The notes under the pieces were generated by a model. That model had not been told where the DNA came from and ran no database searches. It saw only the letters and a program-made list of their open reading frames with translations. This document shows positions 51,461-63,488 of a stretch of 64,000 bases of DNA, in pieces; positions within the stretch are counted from its first letter, which is position 1, and each line of letters starts with the position of its first letter. Origin of the DNA: Podarcis gaigeae (Eukaryota). Both the position numbers and the translations under genes were made by a program. Location of the stretch: NCBI GenBank assembly GCA_964106915.2, contig OZ066914.1, one strand, 5' to 3'.

Positions 51461-51686
51461 CAGTGGTACCTCGGGTTACATACGCTTCAGGTTACAGACT
51501 GCGCTAACCCAGAAACAGTGCTTCACGTTAAGAACTTTGCTTCAGGATGAGAACAGAAATTGTGCTCCGGCAGCGTGGCGGCAGCAGGAGGCCCCGTTAG
51601 CTAAAGTGGTGCTTCAGGTTAAGAACAGTTTCAGGTTAAGAACGGACCTCTGGAACGAATTAAGTACTTAACCCGAGGTATCACTG
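51461..51686. mobile_element. Tigger/pogo-type MITE (different interior)
   Basis: TIRs cagtggtacctcgggtta / taacccgaggtatcactg; TA TSD. Confidence 0.88.
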
Positions 51687-52604
51687 TATTAATTAAGAAA
51701 TACTATTAAAGATGAGAGTTAAAAATCACAATCTAAATAAGAATATAAAAAAATAAGTGACGAATGCTGGTGGAGGGAAGTCACATAGGTGTAGCATTTA
51801 TGTATGTCTGTATTGTCGGAATTTGAGTTGGTGTAATTGTGTGGTTGTATGTGCATTGTAAATAATAATATAAAAGAGTATGTTTAAATAAAAGTGCGAG
51901 AATAAAAATTGCAGATTTTTTGTTGTTGTTAAGTAAAAACATTTTATGACCTCTTCTCCCCACCCCCTTGATCTATGATATGAGAGAGGAACACTTGAGA
52001 CACGAAAAATTTACAGACAAAATGTTCTGCATGCTTTACGAGAACTTTATTTTCTCCTGTCCCTTCCTGCTCCCAGGTGGTGCTGCCCTCTAGCACACCC
52101 CTGGGCACGCCTCCCCCCTTCCCCAGCATTCTGGCAATATCTTTTACTGCCCTGGTTATTGCATGCACTGTCATATTCTTTACAGCCCACAGCAGTCAGC
52201 AGTTCATGTTATTTCCTTGTGCAGTGCACTAACTTGAAAATCATGGTGGGTTTGGGGTTTTTTTTGGTAGAACATCTGATTTGCATGCAAAAGGTCCCTG
52301 GCTCAATCCCTGACATAGAGCTAGGAGTGCCCCCTGTCCAAAACCCACAACAGTCACTGTCAGTCAATTTAGACAGTGCTCAGCTACATGGCCAATGGTC
52401 TGACTCTATAAAACATCTTTCCATGTCCCTATGTACTTCTTCCGCTGGTATATGTTGTTACCTGTCTGGACTGGAAACGTTGCAGTAGTGTAACCCATTT
52501 TCTGTCAGTGAACTAAGAACTGACAGTAGGCTTTATTGTTCAAGAAGCATGTTCACGAAAGTAAAGGTCAGGATCAGAAATAGCCGACTCTTGTTTTGTT
52601 GCAG

Positions 52605-52754
52605 ATCCATGTTTATATATTCCTCGTTTTGCACACATGCTGGAGTTTGGCGATAAGAACCATGAGGTTTCCATGACTGCCCTCAGGCTCCTGCAGCAGA
52701 TGAAGAGAGACTGGATGCACACAGGGCGACGGCCTTCGGGGCTTTGTGGTGCAG
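52605..52754 (+). CDS. BRF1: BRF1 coding exon (human exon 6 equivalent), second cyclin repeat
   Basis: (D)[49 protein letters not shown], with the GRxP motif. 150 nt. ttgttgcAG acceptor; GTATGG donor. Confidence 0.97.
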
Positions 52755-53000
52755 GTATGGAAGAATTTGTGGGAATTGTTGGGTGCATAGAGCAGCAGCA
52801 GTGGGTTGTGCAGAAGGCGCTTTGCAGGTGACCCCCTGTTCATTTTGTAAGTAGGAAGCAGTTGGTGAATTGACAAGCACAACCTTAGAATCAAGCTGAA
52901 GAAGGTTGGAATTCAACTCCAGGGACTAATCCAAAGAGGTTGGATAGCGCCTAGAATGCCTCCTTCCTGCAACTCCTGCAGCCAAGCTGGTGCCAAACAT

Positions 53001-53328
53001 GTTGTTGTTGTTTAGTCGTGTCCGACTTTGTGACCCCATGGACCAGAGCATGCCAGGCACTCCTGTCTTCCACTGTCTCCCGCAGTTTGGTCAGACTCAT
53101 GTTTGTGGCTTCGAGAACACCGTCCAACCATCTCGTCCTCTGTCGTCCCCTTCTCCTTGCGCCCTCCATCTTTCCCAACATCAGGGTCTTTTCCAGGGAG
53201 TCTTCTCTTCTCATGAGGTGGCCAAAATACTGGAGCCTCAGCTTCAGGATCTGTCCTTCCAGTGAGCACTCAGGGCTGATTTCCTTCAGAATGGAGAGGT
53301 TTGATCTTCTTGCAGTCCATGGGACTCT
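53001..53328 (-). mobile_element. RTE-BovB LINE 3' fragment
   Basis: RVPWTARRSNLSILKEISPECSLEGQILKLRLQYFGHLMRREDSLEKTLMLGK...RRRGRQRTRWLD. TSD caaacat at 52994-53000 and 53329-53335. Confidence 0.92.
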
Positions 53329-54804
53329 CAAACATACTGCTCTGCTTTCCTTTGGACCACATTAGCAGAGCCAAGAGGCGGGTCGTGTCCTCTCAGGACC
53401 CATAGAAATACACACTGCCCAGGCTTGCACCCCAGGGAGGTCACTTCGGTGCTGCTAATGCAGCAGTTTGACTTCACCCCCAGAGGTGCACTCTTGTCTC
53501 TTGAGATAGATGGATGCCGACAACAACAGAACGGTAGATCAAACTCTGCTGGTAACCGATCACTGGATGGTTTGCAGTAGATCAGCAAAGACTTTGACTC
53601 CAAATTGTTTCACAAGAGCAACAACAGAAAGCCCTTTCCCCCTTTCTAAATTGTGCTGCTGATTGGAAGAAAGCTTGAGGAAGAAAACCAGGGCTGGGTC
53701 TTTGTGTGACGTGACAGAAAGCTCAGTCCTGGTGCTGGAAACAATTTCCAGGGTTGAGCATGGCTCGGAGGTGCCCTGTCCCTTAACTTAAATCAGGGGT
53801 TGGCAAGGTTTATCTCGCCTGGGCTAGTTCACTCCTGTGGAGATAGCTCCGTGGGCCGGATCGTGTTCCGGCACCGCGGAAGCGAGTCCCCGCTCCACGC
53901 TGTGGGCCCCGCCCACGGGCCACAGGTTGCCAACCCCTGATTTAAACAATGTGTCCCCATGCCACTATTTTGCATCTGGCTGCGGTTGCTGGGAGCTTGA
54001 GGTTTTGCTAAAGAAAGCAAGGCTAAAGTCCACCCTCCGCTGGCCTAACAGAACCCCTCGCAACGCAGCATGAGTTTCTAATGGAGTAATCCACACATTA
54101 GTATTCCTCGAGCAGAGACAATAAGCTCCCTGAAGAGCATCGTGCTAGTGGTTTTTGTAGCACGTGGAATTAGGTGATTATGTAAGAGCAGAAGAAAGGG
54201 CCTCCTGGATCAGACTATGATCAATCTTGTCCAATTTTCTTTTAACAGTGGCCAGCCAGATTCCTTTGGAAAACTCTGAAGCAGGGCCGTGAACACGATG
54301 GCATTTGATTGCACTAGTCAGCGAAGTAATACCGCAAAATTTAACCAATTAATCAGTTTTTCAAAGATTAAAACAAAACCAACTCTATAAAAGATAAGTG
54401 CTTTAAAAAGACTTGGGGGGTGACAGGTGACGTTGAAGGGAAATGCCCAATTCTCCCTTAAAATACTCTCTTCAAGACTATGACTACTGTGAAGTGTAGG
54501 TACAGGGTGGTACCTGTACATTAGCCATTCTCGGCGCAGTATTCTATATAAAAATGCATGAGTAAAAAAATTCGCGCTTGTACAATGAGACTTTTTTGCC
54601 CTCTCCCCCCCCCCGCCCCCATGTGTGCCCTGCACTATTTCTATATCTGCTCCAGAGGGTTAGGGAAACACAGAATAGATTTAGGGGGTAGGTGGGGGGG
54701 GGCAGGAGGAGAGGGGAGAAAGCCTCATCATGTAGAGCAAGACTGCTTGCACAAAGTGAAATAAATGGGCAAGTTACTTAATTCTATTGATTTCAATAGG
54801 TCTA

Positions 54805-55155
54805 AAAAAGGCAAAGGGACCCCTGACCATTAGGTCCAGTCATGACCAACTCTGGGGTTGCGGCGCTCATCTCACTTTATTGGCCGAGGGAGCCGGCGTA
54901 CAGCTTCCGGGTCATGTGGCCAGCATGACTAGGCTGCTTCTGGCAAACCAGAGCAGCACACGGAAATGCCGTTTACCTTCCCGCCGGAGCAGTCCCTATT
55001 ATCTACTTGCATATGACGTGCTTTCAAACTGCTAGGTTGGCAGGAGCAGGGACCGAGCAACGGGAGCTCACCCCGTCACGGGGATTCGAACCGCCAACCT
55101 GCTGATCGGCAAGTCCTAGGCTCTGTGGTTTAACCCACAGCGCCACCCGCGTCCC
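54805..55155 (-). mobile_element. Sauria SINE (Squam1)
   Basis: Same family as 32095. TSD ttc(a/g)ataggtcta at 54792-54804 and 55157-55169. Confidence 0.92.
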
Positions 55156-56254
55156 ATTCGATAGGTCTACTCTGAATCTAACTATTGCTGCATAGTGCCC
55201 ATTATGTGTTAGCAGTGCCCTTTTCTTCAGAATTATTGTTTATTCACATGCAAACTTGTACAGATTTTATTGACGTGGGTGACAGCCATTTGAAAAAATG
55301 GCTTTTTTGTTTTTGTTTTTTGTTTGGTCTCTGCTTTTAGTGAATTTTGCTGGGTGACTTTTCAGGTTCTAGAAAAATTGTCCCCCTGTCCATTCCTTTC
55401 TGTACTTTAAAAGCTTCTGTTGTGCTTTCAATTGAACCACAGATAACTCAAGCCCTGGTACAGATTACAGTGGAAGGGAATTTGCCCACAGATCCCAGAT
55501 ATTATACAGCTGGATCAGAAGGCAATCCCATTTTATTTAAGCCAGGGTTCTGCACCTGTTTGTCCTGGACAGATTTATTATTGTAATCTTGACCGTGGCA
55601 TTCCACAACTACAGGTCAAGCATTTTTTGTCATCTTTTATAATCTTTTTTTAGGTTGAGACAGTTTCACTGATTATGTAGATGAGGGACAAATGCAGAAC
55701 ATAAATAACACCCATCTAAACATGTAAATGGGTGCACTTGGGAACCCTGTTGGGCTTGGGATGGATGGACTAAACCTGCTTTCCATCCCCGGGTGATCCT
55801 TGCCATTGAGAATCAAGCCTTCTTCTATCTGCATAGCTCCACCCCTTAATCTGCATAGTCACTTAGCTTCTTCAACGCTACATCATTTTGCTTTAGGCAT
55901 GTCTGATCATGATCATTGGGGTGAGGAATGTGAACTTTGCATCAATGCTGGAGCTCTTTGGCCTTTACCTTGCAGTGTGTGTGCATGTGAGTTTCCAAAA
56001 GAAAAAGAAAAAAGCCCTGTGTTGCATTTATAGAACTCTTTCTGCAGCTGGCTTGATTTTACTGCATGCAAAGTAAGTTTTATAAAATTCCAATTTAATC
56101 ACTCTGTATTCAAGCCCAGAGCTAAACATCAATATTTTAAAATTAATATGAGAATTAGAATTTCAGATGGTACTTGCATGACTCACTGTATTCCCTTGCT
56201 TTCCCCCGCATTGAACTGCCTTTTGATGTAGCCCTTTCCCTGTTTATGCTCTAG

Positions 56255-56348
56255 CTCTTCTAGTTGCGGCAAGAATGCATGATTTTCGGCGCACTGTGAA
56301 AGAAGTCATCAGAGTGGTTAAAGTTGGCGAATCAACACTAAGAAAAAG
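56255..56348 (+). CDS. BRF1: BRF1 coding exon (human exon 7 equivalent)
   Basis: (A)[30 protein letters not shown](R). 94 nt. ctAG acceptor; GTAGGT donor at 56349. The gene continues beyond the window. Confidence 0.96.
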
Positions 56349-56813
56349 GTAGGTCAAGTTTGTGGGGGTCTTCGCATTTTACGTAAGATGCAGCGCAATG
56401 TGTTTACCACGAGGACAGGACTATTTTACATTTCTACAGAACTTTCCACTGATAGGAATATGAATGGTGGTGAGCACCAGGGCCTAGCTTGGGCTGTGAG
56501 GAGTGGCTGTACCCAGATATAGGCTGCGAAGGCCTATTCTTCAATCTAGGTCAGTTGCTGGTCCTGGAGCCTAGATTTGAAGAGCTGAAGTCTTAGCAGG
56601 GAGAAGGTACTGCTCTGTAGGCTAGGCAAGGTTGGAAGGCTTGGTATCCTTTATCTATTGTAGGGGCTTGGATCAGATGACCATTGTGGTCCCTTCCAGC
56701 TCTCCAGCTCTATGATTCTATGAGGCATAGCCAGCTCAGAGGTTTCCTGTTACTCGCCAGTTACTGGTGCCAGTGTTGCTCTCCTAGATGGACAACACAC
56801 TTGACCCTCTGCC

Positions 56814-57014
56814 AGGTTCAAGGTCTGTTGTTGTACCTTACAACATACCCACTTTGAGTTTTCCCTTAGAGAGTGACTCATTTGAAGTTGTCTTACATTG
56901 GAGAACTCTACAGAAGACGAGGCTTGTTGAATTTGCATTCGCCCCAAACTTGTGCCAAACAATTTCCTCACCTTCGTACTTAGTAAGATCTTCAGCTCAA
57001 GCGGGCTGCCAAAG
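56814..57014 (-). pseudogene. Exon-like segment of the RGSL1-like remnant; 3' boundary uncertain
   Basis: tcttctctgtcctaTAG acceptor (phase 2). FGSPLELKILLSTK resembles the RGS-domain P.ELNI motif and recalled RGSL1 PPKLRV. Candidate donor AAG|GTGAGG at 56971. Confidence 0.45.
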
Positions 57015-57425
57015 CTATAGGACAGAGAAGACAAAACATGGGAACTCGGCTGCTCCCACCCATTACCAATGTCTTCAAGGATGAACATGTAGAATTATTG
57101 TGCATGTAGACTTCCCCGTTCATTTACACAAAAAGAGCAGCTCCTTTTTTATTTCCTTTGCACGCAGCTTCCCCCTTCATTGAAGTTAAGGAGGTTGCCT
57201 TTCTGTACTGTGAACTCTGAAACCTCCTATATGATATGTTCAAGGGATTTTGGGATTGGAAAAACTGTTCTAAAATTAGTCATTTCTACAGAGATGTTAA
57301 GGCAAGGATTCCATTGCCTTGCAAGCATTTCATTTAATATGCTGGCAACAAAAATTATTAGGGCTTAGGCTCAGATGCTGTGGACTTCTTTTAAGTAAAA
57401 CCCATGGGATGCATTTGCAACTCAT

Positions 57426-57714
57426 AGGATGGAAGGTGATTCTCCCTGTAGCTTGCTGCCGATAAAAGAAATCTCTTTAAAGCCCAGCATTTGAAATGCT
57501 TCAGAGGTTGAAGCGAACCATACAGTAGCATGCACAAATGAGTCAACTTTATTAAAAAATGCAACGTCATTGATGGGTCTGAATGACAAAGGTGTCGTAT
57601 GATGGAAATTTTCCATGTAATCCCATATGTTTAATTGGCACAGCATTTTTTTAAAAAGGTTTGTAAAAAAAAAGCTTTCCGTTTTAAAAAGTGTTTGTGT
57701 TTTGTCAAGTTCAT
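57426..57714 (-). pseudogene. Exon-like segment of the RGSL1-like remnant (RGS-like helix)
   Basis: Open 289 nt in AT-rich DNA. INDVAFFNKVDSF (57536-57574) vs recalled RGSL1 INDLYFFSEMEKF; EISFIGSKL vs DVILMRSKM. Phase-1 acceptor gtttttgcaAG matches the upstream phase-1 donor. Donor reads ATGAGT. Confidence 0.55.
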
Positions 57715-58932
57715 CTTGCAAAAACACATTATACACTTTTTAATCATTTGCATTAAATAGGAATTCTAAAACCATTGTCTGTACAGTCGAGTGGTATGGA
57801 GCTTGTCATCTTCCCTTAAAAAGCAAATAGCTGCAGAATTATCTCACTGAATTTTTCTATTGCTTATGCTTTCAATAAATGCTAAAATACTTAAGTCTGA
57901 AAAATGACATGAAAATACAGTTTAATATATTGGATGTATTACTGGTAAGCTACTAATTTTTGAGCTGGCAATATATCGTGAATTATGTGTGCGTGTGCGT
58001 GCTGTGTCAAAATCACAATGTGGGAGAAACTGTGAAGCTAGCTGATGCCTCTGTATACCTCCATCTTAATCTCAGATATTGTGATTATATCAGTATATCA
58101 CAATGTTTAGCTGGTGGTATATTGTGATGTTGAAAGCCAGATGTCACCCAACCCTACTTGACACTGTTGTGATTGACAGGTGGCTGGTCCTGCATAGGTG
58201 TCAAACTTGGCCCAGATCTAGTTCGCCATCCCGCTGCTTTATAGCATCAAATGGCGTATCTTTAATTAATTTTTCTTTCTAATCCACTTGATAAATTTCA
58301 GGGCAAATCCTGGCTTCATAGGAACATCATTTGAAAGCCACAATTCTGACTGATTGCTCTTTAGTTGATCAACATACCGATTTAAGCCTGTTTAAAAGCG
58401 CATGGCACTGCGGAGCAGATACTTTGCACGGTTTCCAAATCATTTGGATGGATTATTGGCGCGCAGCCTTCATTTTATTTGAGTGATAGCAAATGTGCTG
58501 AATTGTAGTGGAAGCACATTCATTTGAGCAGTTGTTTAAAATGAAGGAGCGTAACTGCAAAATTCGTGCTTTGAAATGTTTACTCAGGTCATGCATATCA
58601 ACTAAATTGACAGTGTTATTTACTTTGACAAGGTAAACGTGACAGCTGAATTATTTTCAGGGAGCTATAATTACAACTGTATTTATCACAAATCCATAAA
58701 ACATGATTGATGTTTCTCAAATAACCCCACATTATATTGCATTTATCGCAGAGGCATATTCAAAACAAACCTTTTTGAGTAAGTCTTCCTGAGCCCAAGA
58801 TTTTTCCTTCAAGCACTTAGATTCTTGAAATGTCATTAGGTAGAAGTTGGCTGAATTAATAAGTACTTGTTTCACATAACTGTTTAAAAAACACACACAC
58901 ACTGCTTCTTGTGATAGACATTGCTTTTTCAC

Positions 58933-59448
58933 CTGAGGTTTTTCTCAGGGTGAGGTTGGGAGTAGATTTCTTGCCCCTTTCTTTCCATGTCTCTCTTTTT
59001 CTCAGTTCATTGTATCTGAGGAGGACTGCAGTTGAGTGGCAGAGCCCATAATTTGCACTCAAAAGCTCTCAAGTCCAGTCCCTGGCATCTCTGGGTAGGA
59101 CAAGGAAAGAAGTCTGGTAGAGCTGTCTTCCGTCAGTATAGACAAGGAGTTCTTGGTGGACTCCCATCTCCCATGAGCACCAACCAGCATAGTCAATGAT
59201 CAGCTGTGGGGGGAACTGCAGTTCATCTGAAGGGCACTCCATTGCCTACCCCTGATATTGGATACTGGGTTATATGGAACAATGGTCCTATCTTCCAGAA
59301 TCTTCTTGGTCATTAGCTTCTGCCTCCCATCAACTGCATCCAAGTGTCGGAGCTTTATAAAATCATATACACTGGAACTTTGCACACTCGTAACGTGTAT
59401 TGACAGTTTTTGGAGAATGCGTAATTCTTTTGCTTGTTTTCTCCTGTT
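58933..59448 (-). pseudogene. Exon-like segment of the RGSL1-like remnant, interrupted by a SINE and a MITE
   Basis: ccctccAG acceptor at 59449. Reads NRRKQAKELRILQKL...YDFIKLRHLDAVDGRQKL..., then TE sequence (about 59018-59254), then YNELRKRE...LRKTS and CAG|GTGAAA donor at 58932. FIKLRH...RQKL resembles recalled RGSL1 FCKYRR...RQEF. Confidence 0.45.
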
Positions 59449-60164
59449 CTGGAGGGTAAGACTCAAACCAATGGCTCCAAGTTGCGAGAAAGGAGATTCT
59501 GACTAAGCACCAGGAAGAACTGTTTGAAAGTAAGATCTGTTTGACAGTGGAAGGGTCTCCCTTGGGAGCTTGTAGACTCTTCTTCCTTGGAGGTTTATAA
59601 ACAGAGGCTCGATGGCCATCTGGGTGCTTTAATTGAGATTCCTGCATTGTAGGGGGTTGGACTAGATGGCCCTTGGTCTCCCTTCCGACTCTACAATTCT
59701 AGGATTCTAAGATTCTTATACTGAATGACATTTCCTTCGGCTTCACTTTGTAGGGGTGTACAAGTTCATGTACACAGCATGGGTTATTTTTAGGAGTGGA
59801 AGAAGTGATATTCTGGGGGTTTTTTGGCTTTGTGATAGGTCAGGTTCTGATGCTTTTCATGGGCATTGTATTAAACTTTTTTAACAATGAAAGAGAGCAA
59901 GATGAGGGGAGGTTATATTAAGCACTCGGGGTAGGGTGGGGAACATGCAATGTCAGTGGTTAGCGGATATGTGTCAGTCAAGACGGATCTTGAATCAGCT
60001 GTTAAGCAGATGGCTGAGAAGAGGAATTTGGGATCTTACCAAAAGGAAAAGAATGTTTGTTATGAATGGAAGTGCATGGCTTTTTTTGGTATCTGGATAC
60101 AAATTTCATTGGAGAGGCACCAAGAACTGCTTTGCTAAATTAAGTAGAGGCCTGAAATACATAC

Positions 60165-60462
60165 TAGCATAATTTCAAAGTGCTATCATTGGTTGAATGA
60201 CAAGCAGCTTGCTCGCACATTAGGCAAAGATCCAATCTGAATATCTTTCTGATATTTCTTCCAGTAAGTTCACTGATCAACCTCTGTTTTCCTTCCATAG
60301 AGAAAGTGCCATTTTCCCCACAGGATTTTCCTCCAAGCGAGTCTAGCATTTCAGCAAACTATTTACAACAAAGACACTAAGAATTTGCTGGTAGACTTCA
60401 GTACTTTCATTTTCACACTCGCTTAAGCACTTGTCAGCATTGCTGTCGCTTGAGAGTTGCAG
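60165..60462 (-). pseudogene. Degenerate exon-like segment of the same antisense remnant
   Basis: Acceptor ttgtttttgtaCTGACtttgTAG and donor |GTATGT, but stops in all three frames; similarity weak. Confidence 0.3.
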
Positions 60463-61567
60463 CTACAAAGTCAGTACAAAAACAACCCAAAATGTTTTGC
60501 TGTTTCTTCCTTTTGCCCTTAGACTATCATTGATCCATAGATGAGCTGGAAAAATTTTGGGTCCCCGAAGATTTATTTGACATAGTCTGTGACACTTGTA
60601 AGAGGCTTACAAGTTATGTTTGTCTAACTCTGACAGAATCATTGCTGCTTTTGTCTTAAGTTCAAATCTTTACAGCCCCCTTGGCTTGAGGCCAAGCCGT
60701 GCTTAGGTTTCCCCCCTTTACATGTGGCCAAAACCTGGTTTCTTGACTAGCAATATGCTAATCATTGCGATGGGTCAGGGACTGGTATGTAGATGTTGTG
60801 ATGTGAGGATACCTGCATAGTATTACAAGAACTCCTGGGAGGTACAGCACATTTCTGCTCTGAACAGACACACATTGCCTTGCCTTGTCGCATTTCTGTC
60901 ATTGGGGGCCAGCAATCCAGGGTCACAGTTGAAGAGCATGCTTTGGTAGCATCATAACCTGGTCTTAGCCTGTAGAGCATTATCTCATACAAACCTGCCA
61001 GCTCAATAAGGGTCAAATCTGTTACCTGTATCAAAACAACCAGCCTGTTTCTGTCCTCATACCTCCCTTTTTCATCTGCAGGAGATTCTACGCTTCTTTA
61101 CTTTTTGCTGGCCACTTATGAGGGTGTTGTGTTGGAGATAGGGGTTCATGGATGTGGATTCAGACAGCGCTGTCTTCTTTGTATTGGTGAAAAACGAAGC
61201 GCTGATATTCATATCTGGATAAAAGGCAAATTGTTTCTGTTTTACCTGAGGATTTGACCTTTACTTTGAAGGGCTTCAACTACTTGTGGTCTCTTTTAAT
61301 GGGGCAGGTACCTTTTTTGTATAGATGTGGATTTAAAAAAAAAGTTTTGTATTGGTTGTGTTCATTGTCATTGGCTTTTGGGTCCACATTGTAAGTCACT
61401 TTGGATGTCTTTGGTGAGGAAGGTGATTTAATAATGATAATACCAGTGCTGTGGGTGCCAGCACAAAATGACTGCCATGGGCGGCAGCAGCAACAAACAA
61501 ACAAAATGTGATGGTATTCTGTACTTGTGATGCTGTCACAAAAAGCACTGTGTGTGTGTGTATAGTA

Positions 61568-61703
61568 CAGGCTTCCTCAGCCTTGGCCCTCCAGATGTTT
61601 TTGGCCTACAACTCCCATGATCCCTAGCTAGCAGGACCGGTGGTCAGGGATGATGGGAATTGTAGTCTCAAAACATCTGGAGGGCCGAGGTTGAAGAAGC
61701 CTG
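61568..61703. mobile_element. Palindromic hAT MITE (about 135 bp)
   Basis: Fold-back arms ...ccctccagatgttt..ctacaactcccat / atgggaattgtagt..aaacatctggaggg; TSD gtatagta / gtatagca. Relatives at about 626-748, 26840-26977, 31832-32694 (split), 34008-34127 and 59144-59254. Confidence 0.85.
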
Positions 61704-62269
61704 GTATAGCAGGCGATAAGAGAGTTGGATATACGGTAAGTCAACTTAGGCTAGAGCTGAACTGCTATCTGGTGTCAGCCAGCCAGGCAGCTAGGGTGGC
61801 TCCTTTTTGCCACCTGTTCTTTTATTTCATGTGGCAAGGCCACCGTGAGAGTTCATAGGGCAGCCCCCTGGACCCTCCCCACCCTCTTAGGTCACAGTAG
61901 GAACAAGGGCCAGGTGTCGCATCCAGTTTCAGTTGGGGGTGGGGGTCTGTGCTGTCCCTATTCACGCCTGCTTCCAGACTGCTACCTGCCTTTCTGTATG
62001 TACTATGCATGTGTGTGCACAATGAAAATAAATAAAACAGAGAAACTGCTTGGTGAAAGAAACCAGCTATCCCATCTCTTGCTGGCAACAGGTGTCTTGT
62101 TCACTGCTTCCCCCACTACCACCACCAGAACAATCCCAGATCATTTTCTTTCTTGGTTGGTCCCAATACAGGGGTGCAGAATTATCTTGGATAACCAGTT
62201 CTGTAACTTGTAAAGACTGTAACTTTTCAGGAAGTGGAAAAAGGGGCCAATTACATTGAAAAACCTCAC

Positions 62270-62449
62270 CTGAAGATTCAAGGTGAAGCTTGTGATGGTA
62301 TGTAATGCCTTCTTGGAGAACAGTTGGTACTTGAATTCCTGCAGGATAGGTCCTCGTGGCATGAGAGATCCACTAGGCATAGCTTTTGCCGTTTTGTGGC
62401 GTACGGTTGCTATTTCCCCCCAGTCTGAGGAGTGCTTGCAAAGCAGGTG
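62270..62449 (-). pseudogene. Exon-like segment of an RGSL1/RGS22-family gene remnant
   Basis: ttcctggcttctgctcttAG acceptor and CAG|GTGAGG donor. 180 nt, open, phase 0-0: HLLCKHSSDWGEIATVRHKTAKAMPSGSLMPRGPILQEFKYQLFSKKALHTITSFTLNLQ. Resembles recalled RGSL1 QWRKIATEDLKQGGSL...FEELCYKNPKMAIQKIS. Confidence 0.55.
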
Positions 62450-63127
62450 CTAAGAGCAGAAGCCAGGAAATCCCTGCTCCAAGCTTCACATTCGCCTGGA
62501 GCTCATCAAGTGGTGGTTGCAAAGTGATTGTCCTTTCAGCTCCAGCTTCCTGCCAGCAGCAATATGGGGCTGATAATACTGGCCTGCCTCACAAGATTAC
62601 TGCAAGAGTATATGAAGTGCTTTGAACACTTAAAATGTGCTATAAGAATGCAAAGTGTTATTAAGTACGTAGTGTTCATCACACTTGAAGTGAGGAGAGG
62701 GGGGAGAAATTCTTCTAAAAGCAGCATGGTTATTCCCAGGCCAGAGCTGGGAATCATTTCTTGTACTCTATTGATTTGAAAGTATTGGATAAATTTCCCC
62801 CACATTTTTGTGTTTGTGTGTGTGCTAAAAAAAACAACACAACACCCAAAATGTCACTGCCCGAGCTTTGCATGTGTAACATAACATTGCACATTCGTTC
62901 CCAAATATCTCAAGTTAAAGGATCTCAGGTTACAGGCTTGGAAGGGACCTCTACTTTTGACTCTGTAGGCCTTGCTGTCAGTACAGGGCTGGATGACTTA
63001 AACTTGATTGCAATATGGGGGCTATTATGAATACTTACACCAATATTAATTTATTACATTTTTTTTTTTTGAGATGAACGTAAAGCTTGTTCCTGCATTT
63101 TAATTTGACTACTGTTAATGACGTAGT

Positions 63128-63488
63128 GGGACGCAGGTGGCGCTGTGGGTTAAAGCCTCAGCGCCAAGGACTTGCCAATTGAAAGGTCGGCGGTTCGAAT
63201 CCCTGCGGCGGGGTGCGCTCCCGCTGCTCGGTCCCAGCGCCTGCCAACCTAGCAGTTCGAAAGCACCTCCGGGTGCAAGTAGATAAATAGGGACCGCTTA
63301 CCAGCGGGAAGGTAAACGGCGTTTCCGTGTGCAGCTCTGGCTCGCCAGAGCAGCGATGTCACGCTGGCCACGTGACCTGGAAGTGTCTCCGGACAGCGCT
63401 GGCCCCTGGCCTCTTAAGTGAGATGGGCGCACAACCCCAGAGTCTGTCAAGACTGGCCCGTACGGGCAGGGGTACCTTTACCTTTACC
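63128..63488 (+). mobile_element. Sauria SINE, different subfamily
   Basis: GGGACGCAGGTGGCGCTGTGGG head, GGTTCGAATCC B box, (ACCTTT)n tail. Perfect 13-bp TSD ttaatgacgtagt at 63115-63127 and 63489-63501. Confidence 0.92.

Noticed and set aside
60812-61215. Further minus-strand exon candidates between the RGSL1-like segments
   Set aside because: Splice-like signals exist, but frame and phase are ambiguous and similarity is too weak to assign.
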